Below are positions 1-12,421 of a stretch of 64,000 nt of DNA, in pieces. This stretch comes from Utricularia gibba (taxonomy: Eukaryota > Plantae > Magnoliophyta). The stretch covers positions 2,914,001 to 2,978,000 of the forward strand of contig NEEC01000008.1 of assembly GCA_002189035.1 (NCBI GenBank). The letters run 5' to 3'. Under the pieces are notes generated by a model. The model did no database searches, was not told where the DNA came from, and was given only the letters and a program-made list of their open reading frames with translations. Position 1 is the stretch's first letter, and every line of letters starts with the position of its first letter. Made by a program: the position numbers and the translations under genes.

Positions 1-71
1 CTCCAGCACAGAAATCAGATCTACACCGTCCCCAAGGGAGGGACGCCAAGAATGGAAGTGGGATGACTTAC

Positions 72-281
72 AGCACGAACAACCAGACTACGGCGCCTGG
101 CGGAGGAATCAAGCTTGTAAGGCAATGAAGGAGCGAAAGAGGCGCCCCCGGCGAATGTAGAGCCGTAGGAAACGGAGAGAGGAGAAACCGATTTCTTAAG
201 AGAACTGCGAGGTTTTGGGTTGAGATTGGAGTTAGATGAAACTAACGCAGACATGGAAGCGGCAAACGCCGAGCAAGCCAT
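72..281 (-). CDS. BAS1: First coding exon (plastid transit peptide) of a probable 2-Cys peroxiredoxin; the gene continues beyond the left edge
   Basis: MACSAFAASMSALVSSNSNLNPK...ARRRSLVVRA is Ser-rich, ends in a V-R-A cleavage-like motif and is followed by a GTAAGT donor at 71-66. It resembles recalled asterid BAS1 transit peptides (MACSASS...RRRFVVRA). The mature domain is not visible. Confidence 0.55.
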
Positions 282-733
282 GCTTCTTTCAAAGGGCAAA
301 ACACTCGACGGATAATGAACGGCGACGCTCGCCTCTCCACCTTGCTACTGCTTCCCCCAACTGTCCACTATTTGGCGAACAGACAAATTCAAACGGCGCC
401 GTTTCATACGTGGGACAAGACCAACTTTTCTCTAATTTTTAAAAGCATATTCTAAATTTCAAAATTAAAATTCAATTTTAAAAAGTTTTTTTTCATTGAA
501 AACAACTATTTTTTTTATTTATCATATATTTAACCAAATATATTCACTTTTTACACACTTAAATTATTCACTGGATTTGAACATGAAGTACCCCTAAGTT
601 ACATACATCAAGCTGCTGACTCTCAAAAGTGCAGGCATCACGCTCAGCGTTTGATTTGGATCCTCTTCAAGCTGCTAACTCTCAAAAGTACTCCATCATC
701 TCCTTCTTCATATTCGGTTAATGGAGCCCATAC

Positions 734-2379
734 TCACTGAAGAAGGTATGCAGTGAGCATGCCGCCTTCCCCTCCAATGATGATGATATCTGATAACTTT
801 TCCAGTAGACTGATGAGCTTTGTGGCCCCAAACTTGGAAACATCAAGAGGGTGCTGGAAAAGCTTCGCATATTCCACCGGAAAACGACTCAAAAGCAAAT
901 GACCACCATACGTCTTCAGCAACTTGATCAACCGGCGCTTCAGATCATTGAGATCACCCGGTTGGGCAGACGTCCCAGGAAGAAAAGAGGATGCCTCAGA
1001 TACTGACTGTTGAAGGTACGCAACCCTGTTATTGGACTGCCCTCCAATGGCAATAACATCCGGTAACTTTTCCAAAAGGCTGATGAGCCTTGTAGCCCCA
1101 TATTCAGGCAAAATAAGAGGCTGTTGGAATAGCCTCGCATATTCTTGCTGAAACTGGTTCAAAGACAAGCAACCACCTGATAATTTGAGCAACTTTACAA
1201 GTTGGCATCTCAAAACATTCATATCCCCCGGAAGCAGAGACATTCCAAGCGAACAAGATGGCATCGTGTTCGACTGGCCAGTTTTTGCACTCTGGAATGT
1301 GTTCTTCCGTTCAGCTTCTCCAGCCTTTTTCCACTTACCATATTTTTTTGGAGTGGATACAGCAAGAAATGCTTCCTTGTTATCAGTATTCCCTCGAATG
1401 CTGATAACATCGGATAACTGTTCTAGATAATGGATGGGCTTTTCACCCCCGTATTCAGAAGAAATAAGAGGTCGCTGGAAAAGCTTCAAGTATTCCTTCG
1501 GGATATGATTCAGAGACAAACAGCCACCTGATAATTCGAGAGACTTCACGAGTTGGAACTTCATCTCATTCATGTCTCTTGGCTGCAGAATGGCCGTGCA
1601 ACCTTTATCAGTAGAAGGACGAGTTCTGGCTGATGTTTCAGGTGAAGAAGATGATATCTTAGCTGATTGGGAAGTTTGATAACTGTAAAAGGTCGCTGTT
1701 GAAGCACTGCTGATGCATTCAGATAGAGATTTCGATTCTTTAACTTGACTTCCCACAGACCCTTTGACAGGAGTCCTCATCATCTTGGCTGGAATAGAGC
1801 AAGGGGTGACAAAGCCCTTCCCATGAGCCAAGCTTGGCCAATCCCACACGAATCGGCCAGCATTCTGTAGTGCAGTGAAACACAAACACCAGTTGGGATG
1901 ACAAGAATAACATTGTACCCACGCTGGCCCAAAATATGAAGCGTGGGAGCAAAATCAGCATCTCCAGAGATAAGCATAATAGATGATGGAGGACGATTGT
2001 CTAAAGCGAAAAGGAACATGTCAACCAAGATGGCCTTATCAGCTGCTTCTTTTCGATTGTTTGGGACATCAACAATCTTGACTCCAGTTCTATAGAAACA
2101 TTCTCTAAACCGCTTCGAAAAAGACATTAAGTCCGCAAATGCTGAAAATAGAGTGACTTCTCCCTCTATCATGCTATTATTTTGCAATGCAGTCCTGATG
2201 TTACCTGCCACATCTTCAGGCAAAACATCACTAGGCACAGCACAGTTCTCTATGTCCCAAAAAATCCCAATGGGACCTTTTAGCAAACACTTATCGTTGC
2301 TAGGCATCTGCTTGGAATGGAATAATCCACTCATAACTCCTCCCATGATTACTGTTACACATGCATCATCATCTAACAT
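734..2379 (-). CDS. DNE1: NYN (PIN-like) endoribonuclease with three OST-HTH/LOTUS domains, DNE1/MARF1-like; intronless CDS split by a 1-nt frameshift at ~1875/1876
   Basis: NYN motifs FWDIENC, ADKAILVDM and ISGDADF in ORF 1780-2379. ORF 734-1885 continues with ALQNAGRFVWDWPS and three repeats PxDxNxxxxxLxKxLxxxGGxLxL...YxxLFQxPL...G. Adding one base after GTT TCA joins the two ORFs. Confidence 0.85.
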
Positions 2380-3698
2380 AATTAATTTCGATCATACAGG
2401 AACACAAGATGTAATGAAGAGCAAATCATATCATGCGAAGAATATGACAAAGATGAAATCCAGAACCTTGAAGAAGAAGGAACCGGAACCCCGAAAGACA
2501 AGAGGAAGCTGGGGCACTTCCTCAAATTCAAGGTCGGCAACTGAAAGAAGAATGAAGTCAGATCAAGAACGATCTTTTTTCAGATGAAGAACAGCTTTTG
2601 TTAAAGATATAACCATTGCTTCTTCTATTATAAAATCAATACTTGTAATTTAGAACTCAGTTTTTGGGAGTGAAGAACTCTACCTTCTTCTTCACCTTCT
2701 CTTCTGCACTCTCCTTCCCTGCCTTCTCCCTTCTTCAATTTTAATCTTCTCTATATGTTCCCTAAGTTTTGACAATTTCCTACTACACCTTGAGCAATCG
2801 ATATTCTGCTTTCCTGTCACACCTCAAATTCTAAACGATAAAGAGAGGAAATGAGCTTAAGAACAATATCAAAAACCATGTATCAAAATAATCAAACACA
2901 TTGAAGGTAAACCGTAAAACCAGTTAAGCAAACACATTGAAGGTGTAGAAAACAGGGTTGAAAATGAACACCCACAGAAGCAGTGCCTCGTCCCCAATAC
3001 TAAAAACAATGAGACAAATGGGGTTGATCAAATTGGAAAACTAAGTAAAGGTAGCTTTGAAGTTCCACGTAATAACCCAACCACTAAGGAAACTTTCTGC
3101 AACCGCCCTTTTCTTCTTTTCGATATGGTGGCATAGTGGATGCTACTTTGCTATGAACAAATTAAAAAAAAAAAAAAAAGAGACAACTTACATTCGCCAT
3201 TTCGATCCAAGAAGAACCCACGTCACCAACGCCTTCCCCTGACGAGGACGAAATCGACGGTTGCGTGGATTCACCAACAAATATAAGTGAAGCTCAATCG
3301 ACCGAGCTTCAAACCCCCTTGAAACGCGTTGACTAGACTCATTATTGATCGGGGAAAGGAAAAGACGCGTACGCTGCGCCGATCCCCGACAAGCCGCCAT
3401 AACCAACTTACGAAAACAGTAACTTCGGGGCATCAAAAAAAGTATCTTGCATTCCAATTTCCACCCAACATCTTTGGAAATACAGAAATCAGATGCAGAA
3501 ATCCTGCATTTTCACTCATCAATTTAATTTTAAGTAAAGGATAATTTGGTACTTGGCATACATCTTAAAAAAAAACATAATTAGAATAGATTCTGCATAA
3601 AACACAAACTTTCCAAGGAGTGCAGCAAAAACATGGGAATAGGTTCAGGGGAAAACATGAAGGAATTTGAACGGGAACCACAAATGGGAGCAGAGGGA

Positions 3699-4858
<1,160 letters not shown>

Positions 4859-4911
4859 CGCTGGAAACCTTACTCAGATCTGCTCCGCCGCGTCTACCTG
4901 TCTCTGAAACG

Positions 4912-4991
4912 AAACCCTAACTAGAATCATATACATAGTAAACTGGGCTCATTTGGGCTTTAAGCTACCCAATGGGCTTGTTCCCGGGCCG
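4912..4991 (-). promoter_or_regulatory. Telo-box plus site II (TGGGCY) elements in the RPL24 promoter
   Basis: AAACCCTAA at 4912-4920 and three TGGGCT motifs at ~4944-4979; this combination is established for plant ribosomal protein promoters. Confidence 0.75.
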
Positions 4992-5182
4992 AAACAGCAT
5001 AGAATTTGTCGGTTAAAATAAGATTTAATTAAACTCATTTAATTTTATCAATGTAATAAAAAAATATTATCGGGACATGATTCCATAATTTTAATTGAAT
5101 ACTTTAGTCATACCAGTTCAATAATTAAATTTTTTATCAAAAGAAAATGGCCACTTCTTATCTTCCCATGGTTCATTAGTAG

Positions 5183-5423
5183 TTGTGTTTTCAAATCCAC
5201 CAATTAACCAACAACTAAAACCCATTACCGATTTTTAGCAAATTACCGATACAAGAAATTTTCAATTTTGTGAGATATAGTATGTAAATAGTCATCATTA
5301 TTATGATACACTTTTATTTAAAACTATTATCCTTTTTTTGATTGGTCAAATTGATCAAAACTGGATTTTGAACCGAACCAATACAGTACCGGTTCGGTTT
5401 GTAATACCGGCTTGAAAACATAG
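5183..5423. mobile_element. hAT-type MITE, 241 bp, with an 8-bp target-site duplication
   Basis: Identical ATTAGTAG at 5175-5182 and 5424-5431 flanks imperfect 12-bp TIRs (TTGTGTTTTCAA ... TTGAAAACATAG) with subterminal ACCGA/ACCGG motifs. An 8-bp TSD is diagnostic of hAT. Confidence 0.8.
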
Positions 5424-5580
5424 ATTAGTAGGCAATCTCCCAGTGTAAACCCATCCATGCAAAATATTCATTGGAGATGAGTAATATACAGAATCAGGTT
5501 GCACAGTTCAAACCTGAGGTCCAATGCAATTCCAGCAAAATGGCGATCATGTAGTCGCCTCCACCTCCATCTTCTTAGTG

Positions 5581-8500
5581 CTATTGCTCAATGGGTGAAA
5601 GTGCAGCAGTGTAGGAACCATCACTGTATTTCAAGCCTTTCAAATAAGCACGCCGTTTGTGGAGAGCTAGGCTTGTGTTCGGAATTCCGAAGTGCAAAGC
5701 GCTTTCTTGTTCCTTTCCGGTTGTGTTGTCGATGGCAAAGTTCAAGCCGACTGACATTGGTTCCGTGACAAAGCTGCGATGAGATAGGGGAATTTCATGC
5801 ATCAGCATGAAATGTTCAGTTGGACATGGATGATTAAGGGGAGGTAATTCAATGAACTTGACTAAAGCAAAGCACATTAGCCTTGCTTCCAACCCTTGAG
5901 ATAACCGAAGAGAGAAAATCACATGAGATCTTCGTTTAAGAGCAGGAAGAATGGGAATACCTGGCCTGAAAGTCGGCGCCATTGGTGCGCATAGTATCAC
6001 AGATACCACAAATCAGCCAAGGTGGAAGAAGGGCATCCTTAATTTCAACGCTGTAGCAGATGCCAGGAGCAGAAGCACTCCCGGTTTCAAAAGCCGAAGT
6101 AGAGCCTGTTTGTTGGGATGACATGTAACCAACTTTTCTCACCTGCTTGCATTTAACCTGCACAGTTGCAAAAGGATGGATGCTTTAGAATGTCGAAGCA
6201 TGCAGGGAACATATGCATATATTATTTGATTGTTAAATAATTTGACAACTCAGAACGCATCACTCATGAAGACCCATTTTTGAGAAACCCCCCTTTTTTT
6301 TACCGTAGGCATAGTTTTTTTCATACCAGAACAAAATGGTGATGAGCTAACCTCGGGAGAAGAAAGTGCAGCATTCTCAAACGGAACAGGTGCATATAGA
6401 ACTGGTACATCACCGCCAGTCAAAGTTGTCAATAAGAATCTGAAAGCAAAGACAGGGAAAACTTAGATACAAATGGTCACACATGATCTTCATGCTTCGT
6501 ACACGATATGCTCCCTGGGACCAACCTATAATTTAATATAAAGTCATATAATGCATGCACATTTTTTGGTCCAGTAAACATCAACAAGGATTGTGGGGTG
6601 TTATCAACACCGGGGATTCCCTCTGGAACTCGAGTCTGTCATGTGGTTGAATCACAAGTTAGGGTTGGTGAACAATAAATATGTTAAAATGCACATCAAT
6701 ACTGTGCTAAATTGTGGACCTGGCCAAGATTATGTCTTTCAATTTCTGAAAGTTCAACAAGGTCTTCTGCAGTTCCTTCTTCCATTTTGGAGCAGCAAAG
6801 AGGCATTGAGAAAAGAACATCCTGAACCATAATAAACAGAAAACGTGGAAAGGTAAAGTTCATATGATATTTAGCAGTTACATTTTTATGAAAACGTTAA
6901 ACTTACATGCTGTTTCAGAAGCGACCTTAAATTTCTCGTAGACTGAGATATATAAGCACAGCACAAAGACTTTGTTTGGTTTGCGCAATCAGATAAAGTG
7001 AACATTACTACAAACTGTGAGCTGCAAACTGCACATAACAGTGTGAAAAAAAAAAATCAAAAGAACCATCTAAAGAACGATAGCAAAAACAATTGCAAGA
7101 TGGAAAGCATACAAACAGATGGTGGGCTAGATGATATAATATTTTCAATTATTTCAATAATTCAAGATTTGAAAAAACGTGACAAGACGTTATTTAGCTC
7201 AATTTTCACTATTTGTGGCAAAAGGCAATACCATAGAAGATTCTACAAAGCCTCCTCCGCAGCATATAATAAAGACCTCGAAATGACTCCTCCCATGCCT
7301 GCTGCCGTTTATCAAGGAAGTCTGTTTTTTCATTGATAGAGGATGTAAGAATTGCTTAGACCTATGTAGCAACAAAAGAATGGAGCAGTTATAAGGAGGA
7401 TGTTCAATAAAGTTACACCTCCTGGTGCAGACGCCAACGCTGATATTGCTTGACATGGAAGACAAACTTGCGGGTGTACCCATGAGTGTAAAGTTCCCAG
7501 AGGACCCGATAATTCACTTTTAATTTTAGGTTGACAATCTCCACTCGGAAACATAGACGTGCTGCTTATTGAAGCAGAATTTATTAACCGGTGAAACCTG
7601 TAAAAATATTCTGAAAGATGTCAAATGAAATATTAAGATTTCTGGAAAAGCAGGTGCTAAGAAAAGCAAGAAGGGTTATGGTTACCAGCTCACAGGCGAT
7701 GAGGATATTAAGTGCATTTTAGTTTTGAGGGTGAAATCTAAAGGAATTCCTCTGGTGGACACAGAAAATTCTGTGAAAATTGTTGGTAAACCATTTCCTG
7801 ACATGTCGGTGGTCGCTTTCAATGGAGCTGGAGCAATAGATTCATGTGAAACCAAGCCCTTCAAAGCTGTACCCTGTAGACACCGGAGTATTTTGGAACT
7901 CATTCATATATTGGCAAGTTGAATTGAAAAAAGTTACCATATCCATAAATAATGAGCAATCTGTCTTTTCATCACGAAGTGATAATTCCCGCACAGTTTT
8001 GAATGTACTGAAATTCTGTGTGGAGTTGTCACCCATATTTGAAGCATTGCCACTTTCAGAAGTGATGGCATCCCCTGGACTTAAGCACGTAAATACAAAA
8101 TTTGAGTCAGTCCATAACATAAAATATACAGAAGTTAAAAACTGTCATAAAGGGAGATGGGGTATACAGAAAATTTGGTTCTCGATTTTGAGACATAACA
8201 CCCAATGGAGCACTGGAATGCAAATGGCAGCTCCCGAAATTCTTAGAAACAGTTTCCTGCCAAGGTTTTATAACAAATTACAAAAACTACGGGTAAGAGA
8301 ATTCGCTAAACCAAGCAAGCACTTTCTAACCTTCGATGAATCCTCCTTTCTGGGAAGCAGTCTACTGATTTTAGTGACAGGATAATGTTCATCCATCCTT
8401 GTACATCGTGGTCCTTTTGATGAATCACATGTCTTGTGCCTGAAGATGAGTTAATTAAGAGCGAACAGAAATACAATACCAATGATTATGACAAACTAAT

Positions 8501-8965
8501 ACCTCATGTCACTAGTAAAAGATGGTGATTCATCCATTGTTTCCACTGAAAGCCTTCTCCTCAATAATTCTCCCTGTAACATTAGAGAATTGAAACAGAA
8601 ACTGTCTGATACATTCTATAAAATCATGTACAAACAGCGCCGAATTTTTAGGAATTAGAGATCAAAATAATTGTATTTCTCCACTACCCTAGCTCACATT
8701 CCACAGCTTATAACCATAACATAGTAGGAATACCACACCCAAACACACAAAAAAATTAATGAATTTTAATTAAGTGGACACAACAATACCAAAATATATA
8801 AAAAAAATTCATATCCAGGGATAGCAAAGGTACTCTTAATTCAGATGGAGTTTTCCGCTTCATGTTTTTCCCGGTAACCATCAAACCCCTGCTTGCAGTA
8901 GATACAGGGCCAAAATGCAGCGCATTTTGCGCGGGCAGGTCACCGGCCGTGGCAACCTTGGTCAT
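5581..8965 (-). CDS. DONSON: DONSON (downstream neighbor of SON) homologue, replisome/CMG assembly factor, ~12 exons
   Basis: Spliced exons give MTKVATAG...KRKTPSELR|GELLRRR, PLDFTLKTKMHLISSSPVSW, HSWVHPQ, DFLDKRQQAWEESFRGLYYMLRRRLCRIFY|VCSSQFVVMF, AYISQSTRNLRSLLKQH|DVLFSMP, VDNTPQSLL, DVPVLYAPVPFENAAL and SFVTEPMSVGLN, matching recalled Donson motifs. Confidence 0.85.
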
Positions 8966-9616
8966 TTTAGTGCCTGCATACATCACAGAAATCCCTAAAA
9001 TCCAAAGAAAAAAGCGAAAACAAAATCTCAAACAAAAATGACAACAACAGCATCTGTCATAACCTGAAAATCCATTAGAAACCGCCAAAATTATCTATGG
9101 TTCATCACTCACCTTCTTCGCCGACGGCAGTTCGACGGCGCGGAATATGAAGGTTTTAAAAATATCTGGGTTTTCCCTCGCTCGTATGTCGTGTACATTT
9201 GCCGTCAAGTGCCGTTATTGCTTGACGGCCGTTGGTAGCGAATTTGTTTCTTTGTTTAAATAGCAGGATTTCGAATTTGAGTTGGGCTTCGTAAAAAAAC
9301 GCGAGCCCAGCCCAGCCCAGCATCGTCATATAGGGGAGAGATTTTGTATTTCGTTTAAAGTAGGGGAGTACACATTATTACAGTAAAATCTGGGGACTAA
9401 GTTACAAATAAAATTATACTAATTTTATTAAATCGGACTTTCATTAACGATATCCAAAATCTCCCCATAGAAGCTTAAGAAGATTAATTGCTAAAAACGC
9501 CCTCATTTTTTCTATTTTTACAGAACGCCGTCAATTCTGCAGCAAGTTGCAGCCTCTCGCCGTCGCCGTCATTGCATCTTCTCCGGCAGCTTCCTCGCCC
9601 ATCTGGTCGCCTTTTG

Positions 9617-9693
9617 CAGTTTTCTACTGTAGTCTTCAGGCCTCAGTTTTCTACTGTAGTCTTCAGGCCTCAGTTTTCTACTGTAGTCTTCAG
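9617..9693 (+). repeat. 27-bp tandem repeat (x2.85) in the 5' leader exon of the FLX-like gene
   Basis: The unit CAGTTTTCTACTGTAGTCTTCAGGCCT starts at 9617 and 9644, with a partial copy at 9671; a GTAAGG donor follows at ~9699. Confidence 0.95.
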
Positions 9694-10285
9694 ATTACCG
9701 TAAGGCGCCGTGGTTTCGACTTTGGCATAATTTTGAGTGTTTTCTTGCACTCTGTTTGATGAAGGATATTCTTTGTTGTTACTGGGTTGATAACAAAAGT
9801 TTTGAAGATGGTATTGTGCTAATTTCGTTAAATATTATGCCAATTTCGTTGAAGATCAATGATGTGATGCCATGTAAAGCTGTATCTGTATATGCATTTA
9901 GGTTACTTGTAGCATCATCTAAGGATTATCTCAGTTGATCACTCGAAGTCAATCCCTCCTCTTAGAAGTCTCCCTTTCAGCAAAGAATCGTTGAAGAATT
10001 CCTTCATCAATTGAATGACTGCAATTTAAGGCAAGTTTTTTGACTGTGTGCAGAGTTCTGTTCTTCCCTGAAATTGTTCTTTTTGTTGCTTATATCATGA
10101 AACATTTCAAAAGATTGCTTTTTTGTGCCTTTGAAATCGACGAGCTGCTTGATGTGTGTCCCGTTGTTTTTTGGAAATAGGGGGATCTGTAATTAATATT
10201 TGAAATCACTCTAAGTTTCTGTGCGTACCCTCCTTGATGATTTCAAGAGGTTCACCTGAAGATTCATTTTGTATAGTATCTAGGA

Positions 10286-11311
10286 ATGATACCTGAGGCT
10301 TCAAGACCTCGTCCATTCCATGTTATGGAACCAATTCCACCTGTGGAATTTTTGGAGAAGACACTTGCGACACAGGAAGCAAGGCTTGAACAGCTTGCCA
10401 GGGACAATCGTATATTGATATCTAGTCATATGAGGTTGGTGGACACTGTTGCAGCTGCAAGAATAGAAGCTGACAGACTCAGAGAACACATAAGAAATAT
10501 CCAGGCTGAGGGCGATATAGAAGTACGGATTATCTTGGACAGGTACTCGAAAATAGAAGCTGAAATTGGAGCTGGAGATACCGTGAGAAGAGACATTCAG
10601 GAAGCCCGCAAGGAAGCTCAGAGCTTATTGACATCAAAGATGATGCTAACGTCTGCGATCGACCAGGCTACAAAAGAACTGGCAAAGGCGCGTGTGGACA
10701 TAGACAATATTCCTAGAATGCATGTTCAACTTGATAGCCTGAGGCAGGAGCAGCTGAGATTACGGTAATTTAACTCTTTTTGCATTTGCTGCTAACCTTG
10801 AATGAATCCTTGAAATTTCATATCTTCCTTCTTACAACTTTAACTTCTCATATACAAAAAAACAGCAAAACTTTCGAGTATGAAAAGGGGCTGAACACCG
10901 AGAAAGTTGAGCAAATGAAGAGGCTGGAAAAAGACTTGGTTGTTGTGGCTGAGGAGGTTAAAAAATTGCGGAACAGGTTATCGGAAGCCGAGAGGAGAAC
11001 CCCTGGTAAAATTTACACTTTACTTACTATGATCTCCTCCTCCAATGGCCAAAACTGAAACCTCCCATATGTTTGTAGCTGCTGTTCCTTGTGATGCTCC
11101 ATTTGTAAACCGAAACCCTCCAAATCCTCTACCAGCTCAGAGATGCTATGCAGAGAGTTTCAGCAGACCGCACCTCCATCTGGATGGCGGTGACAGCAAT
11201 TCTCACCGGAATCAAAACGACGCCGGCACCTCTCATCCCCCTGCTCTGGAGAAGGGTGCTGGCGATCCTGCTTCAGGTACGGACAGTGACATGTCCTACG
11301 ATGAATTGTAG
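10286..11311 (+). CDS. FLX-like (FLC EXPRESSOR family) coiled-coil protein, 3 exons
   Basis: LEKTLATQEARLEQLARDNRILISSH...LDSLRQEQLRLR|KTFEYEKGLNTEKVEQMKRLEKDLVVVAEEVKKLR matches the FLX/FLL family; GT-AG junctions are in frame. Confidence 0.85.
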
Positions 11312-12421
11312 ATCATGAAGTGGAAGATGTTGATGCCTCTGAATGGAAGCTAATACATCACAGTTTCTTCCCTGCAATCTACACCAGTGGGGAAAAAATC
11401 AGTAGCTCGTCAAGGTTTTCTTTATTATCCTATATTTAGCGTTTTTTTAGCATAATATTTTAAATTAAATTAGTAAATCTAATTTTAGAAAATGCATAGG
11501 ATGCCAAATTTTAAGATCAAAACAATCTTAAAGAAGTGATTTTAGAAGTACTTTAGTTTTTTTTGAAATAATAGTACTCCATTTTTTTCAATTTTTTTCA
11601 AAAAATTAAAGTATTTTATTGTTTTAACTTCATCTAAATTAGAAGTAACGTATGTTTTATTAGAGAGTCATTTTTAAAAATATTTTTATTGAAATTAAAA
11701 CTGCACAAACATACCTTTAGGATGAACAATATAAAATCGGTTTAAAACTTCTTCCATTTATAGAAAATTTCGTTTTTTTTTAATAATAATATTTATTTAT
11801 AAACACAATTATCATAAATTTTATAAATATGTATTTTAAAATGTTATTAATTTTGACAAACATATTTAAATAAATACATCTCTGAAAAAAAAAGCCCATC
11901 ATCAAGTGCAAATAGTACTATGTTTGTCGGAAATATTTTCAGGGAAGCAGATTTAGTTATCTAAGTACAGTGAGGAGAAAAGATTAATGTAAAGTCGGAA
12001 GCATGGATGATTTGATGTGAAACAGTCGATGGCGACTTGGGACAGCAACAAGTGCATATGAGAAAAAGTCAAAATTTCAATGCAGAAGATATTATAGAGA
12101 GGATCCCGGAGGATCCAAGGTTTCCGCTTTAGGAGTTATCTTTGAGGTTTTCAACAATGGCTGGTGTGGAGGAAAAAGCTTGATTTCAAAGCGCATGCGC
12201 TTATTTATTCGCGGAGTGGCATCTCATCATTTACTTTTCTTCCCCACCGCTCTTTATTTTGAGGTGTGTCTGAGAATGAATTGAATTCCTGTTTCTGGGT
12301 TTGGGAGATCTCCGGTGTTTTATATTCACAATTTAATTTTTTTTTTCTGGGTTTTGTTTTCCACAGGTCTTGGTGCGTTCCCACGTATTTTTGTTTTGCT
12401 CTGGGCCATTCTCTTCCTTCT

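Noticed and set aside
2153-2587. 144-aa plus-strand ORF, and similar antisense ORFs over the NLRs, FRS11, FAP, RHF2A and Cand1-like genes
   Set aside because: They are shadows of real genes on the opposite strand and have no independent motifs.
3188-3457. 89-aa minus-strand ORF upstream of the DNE1-like gene, ending at a GTAAGT donor
   Set aside because: It is probably a 5' UTR exon; recalled DNE1 homologues have no such extension and I could not establish an in-frame acceptor.
11400-11900. AT-rich spacer with short GTATGTTT/CAAACATACC inverted motifs
   Set aside because: The motifs are too short and degenerate, with no TSD, to call an element.
12157-12183. Short ORF MAGVEEKA* in good Kozak context upstream of RHF2A
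   Set aside because: It probably lies upstream of the TSS (CT-rich leader near 12230); there is no evidence it is transcribed.
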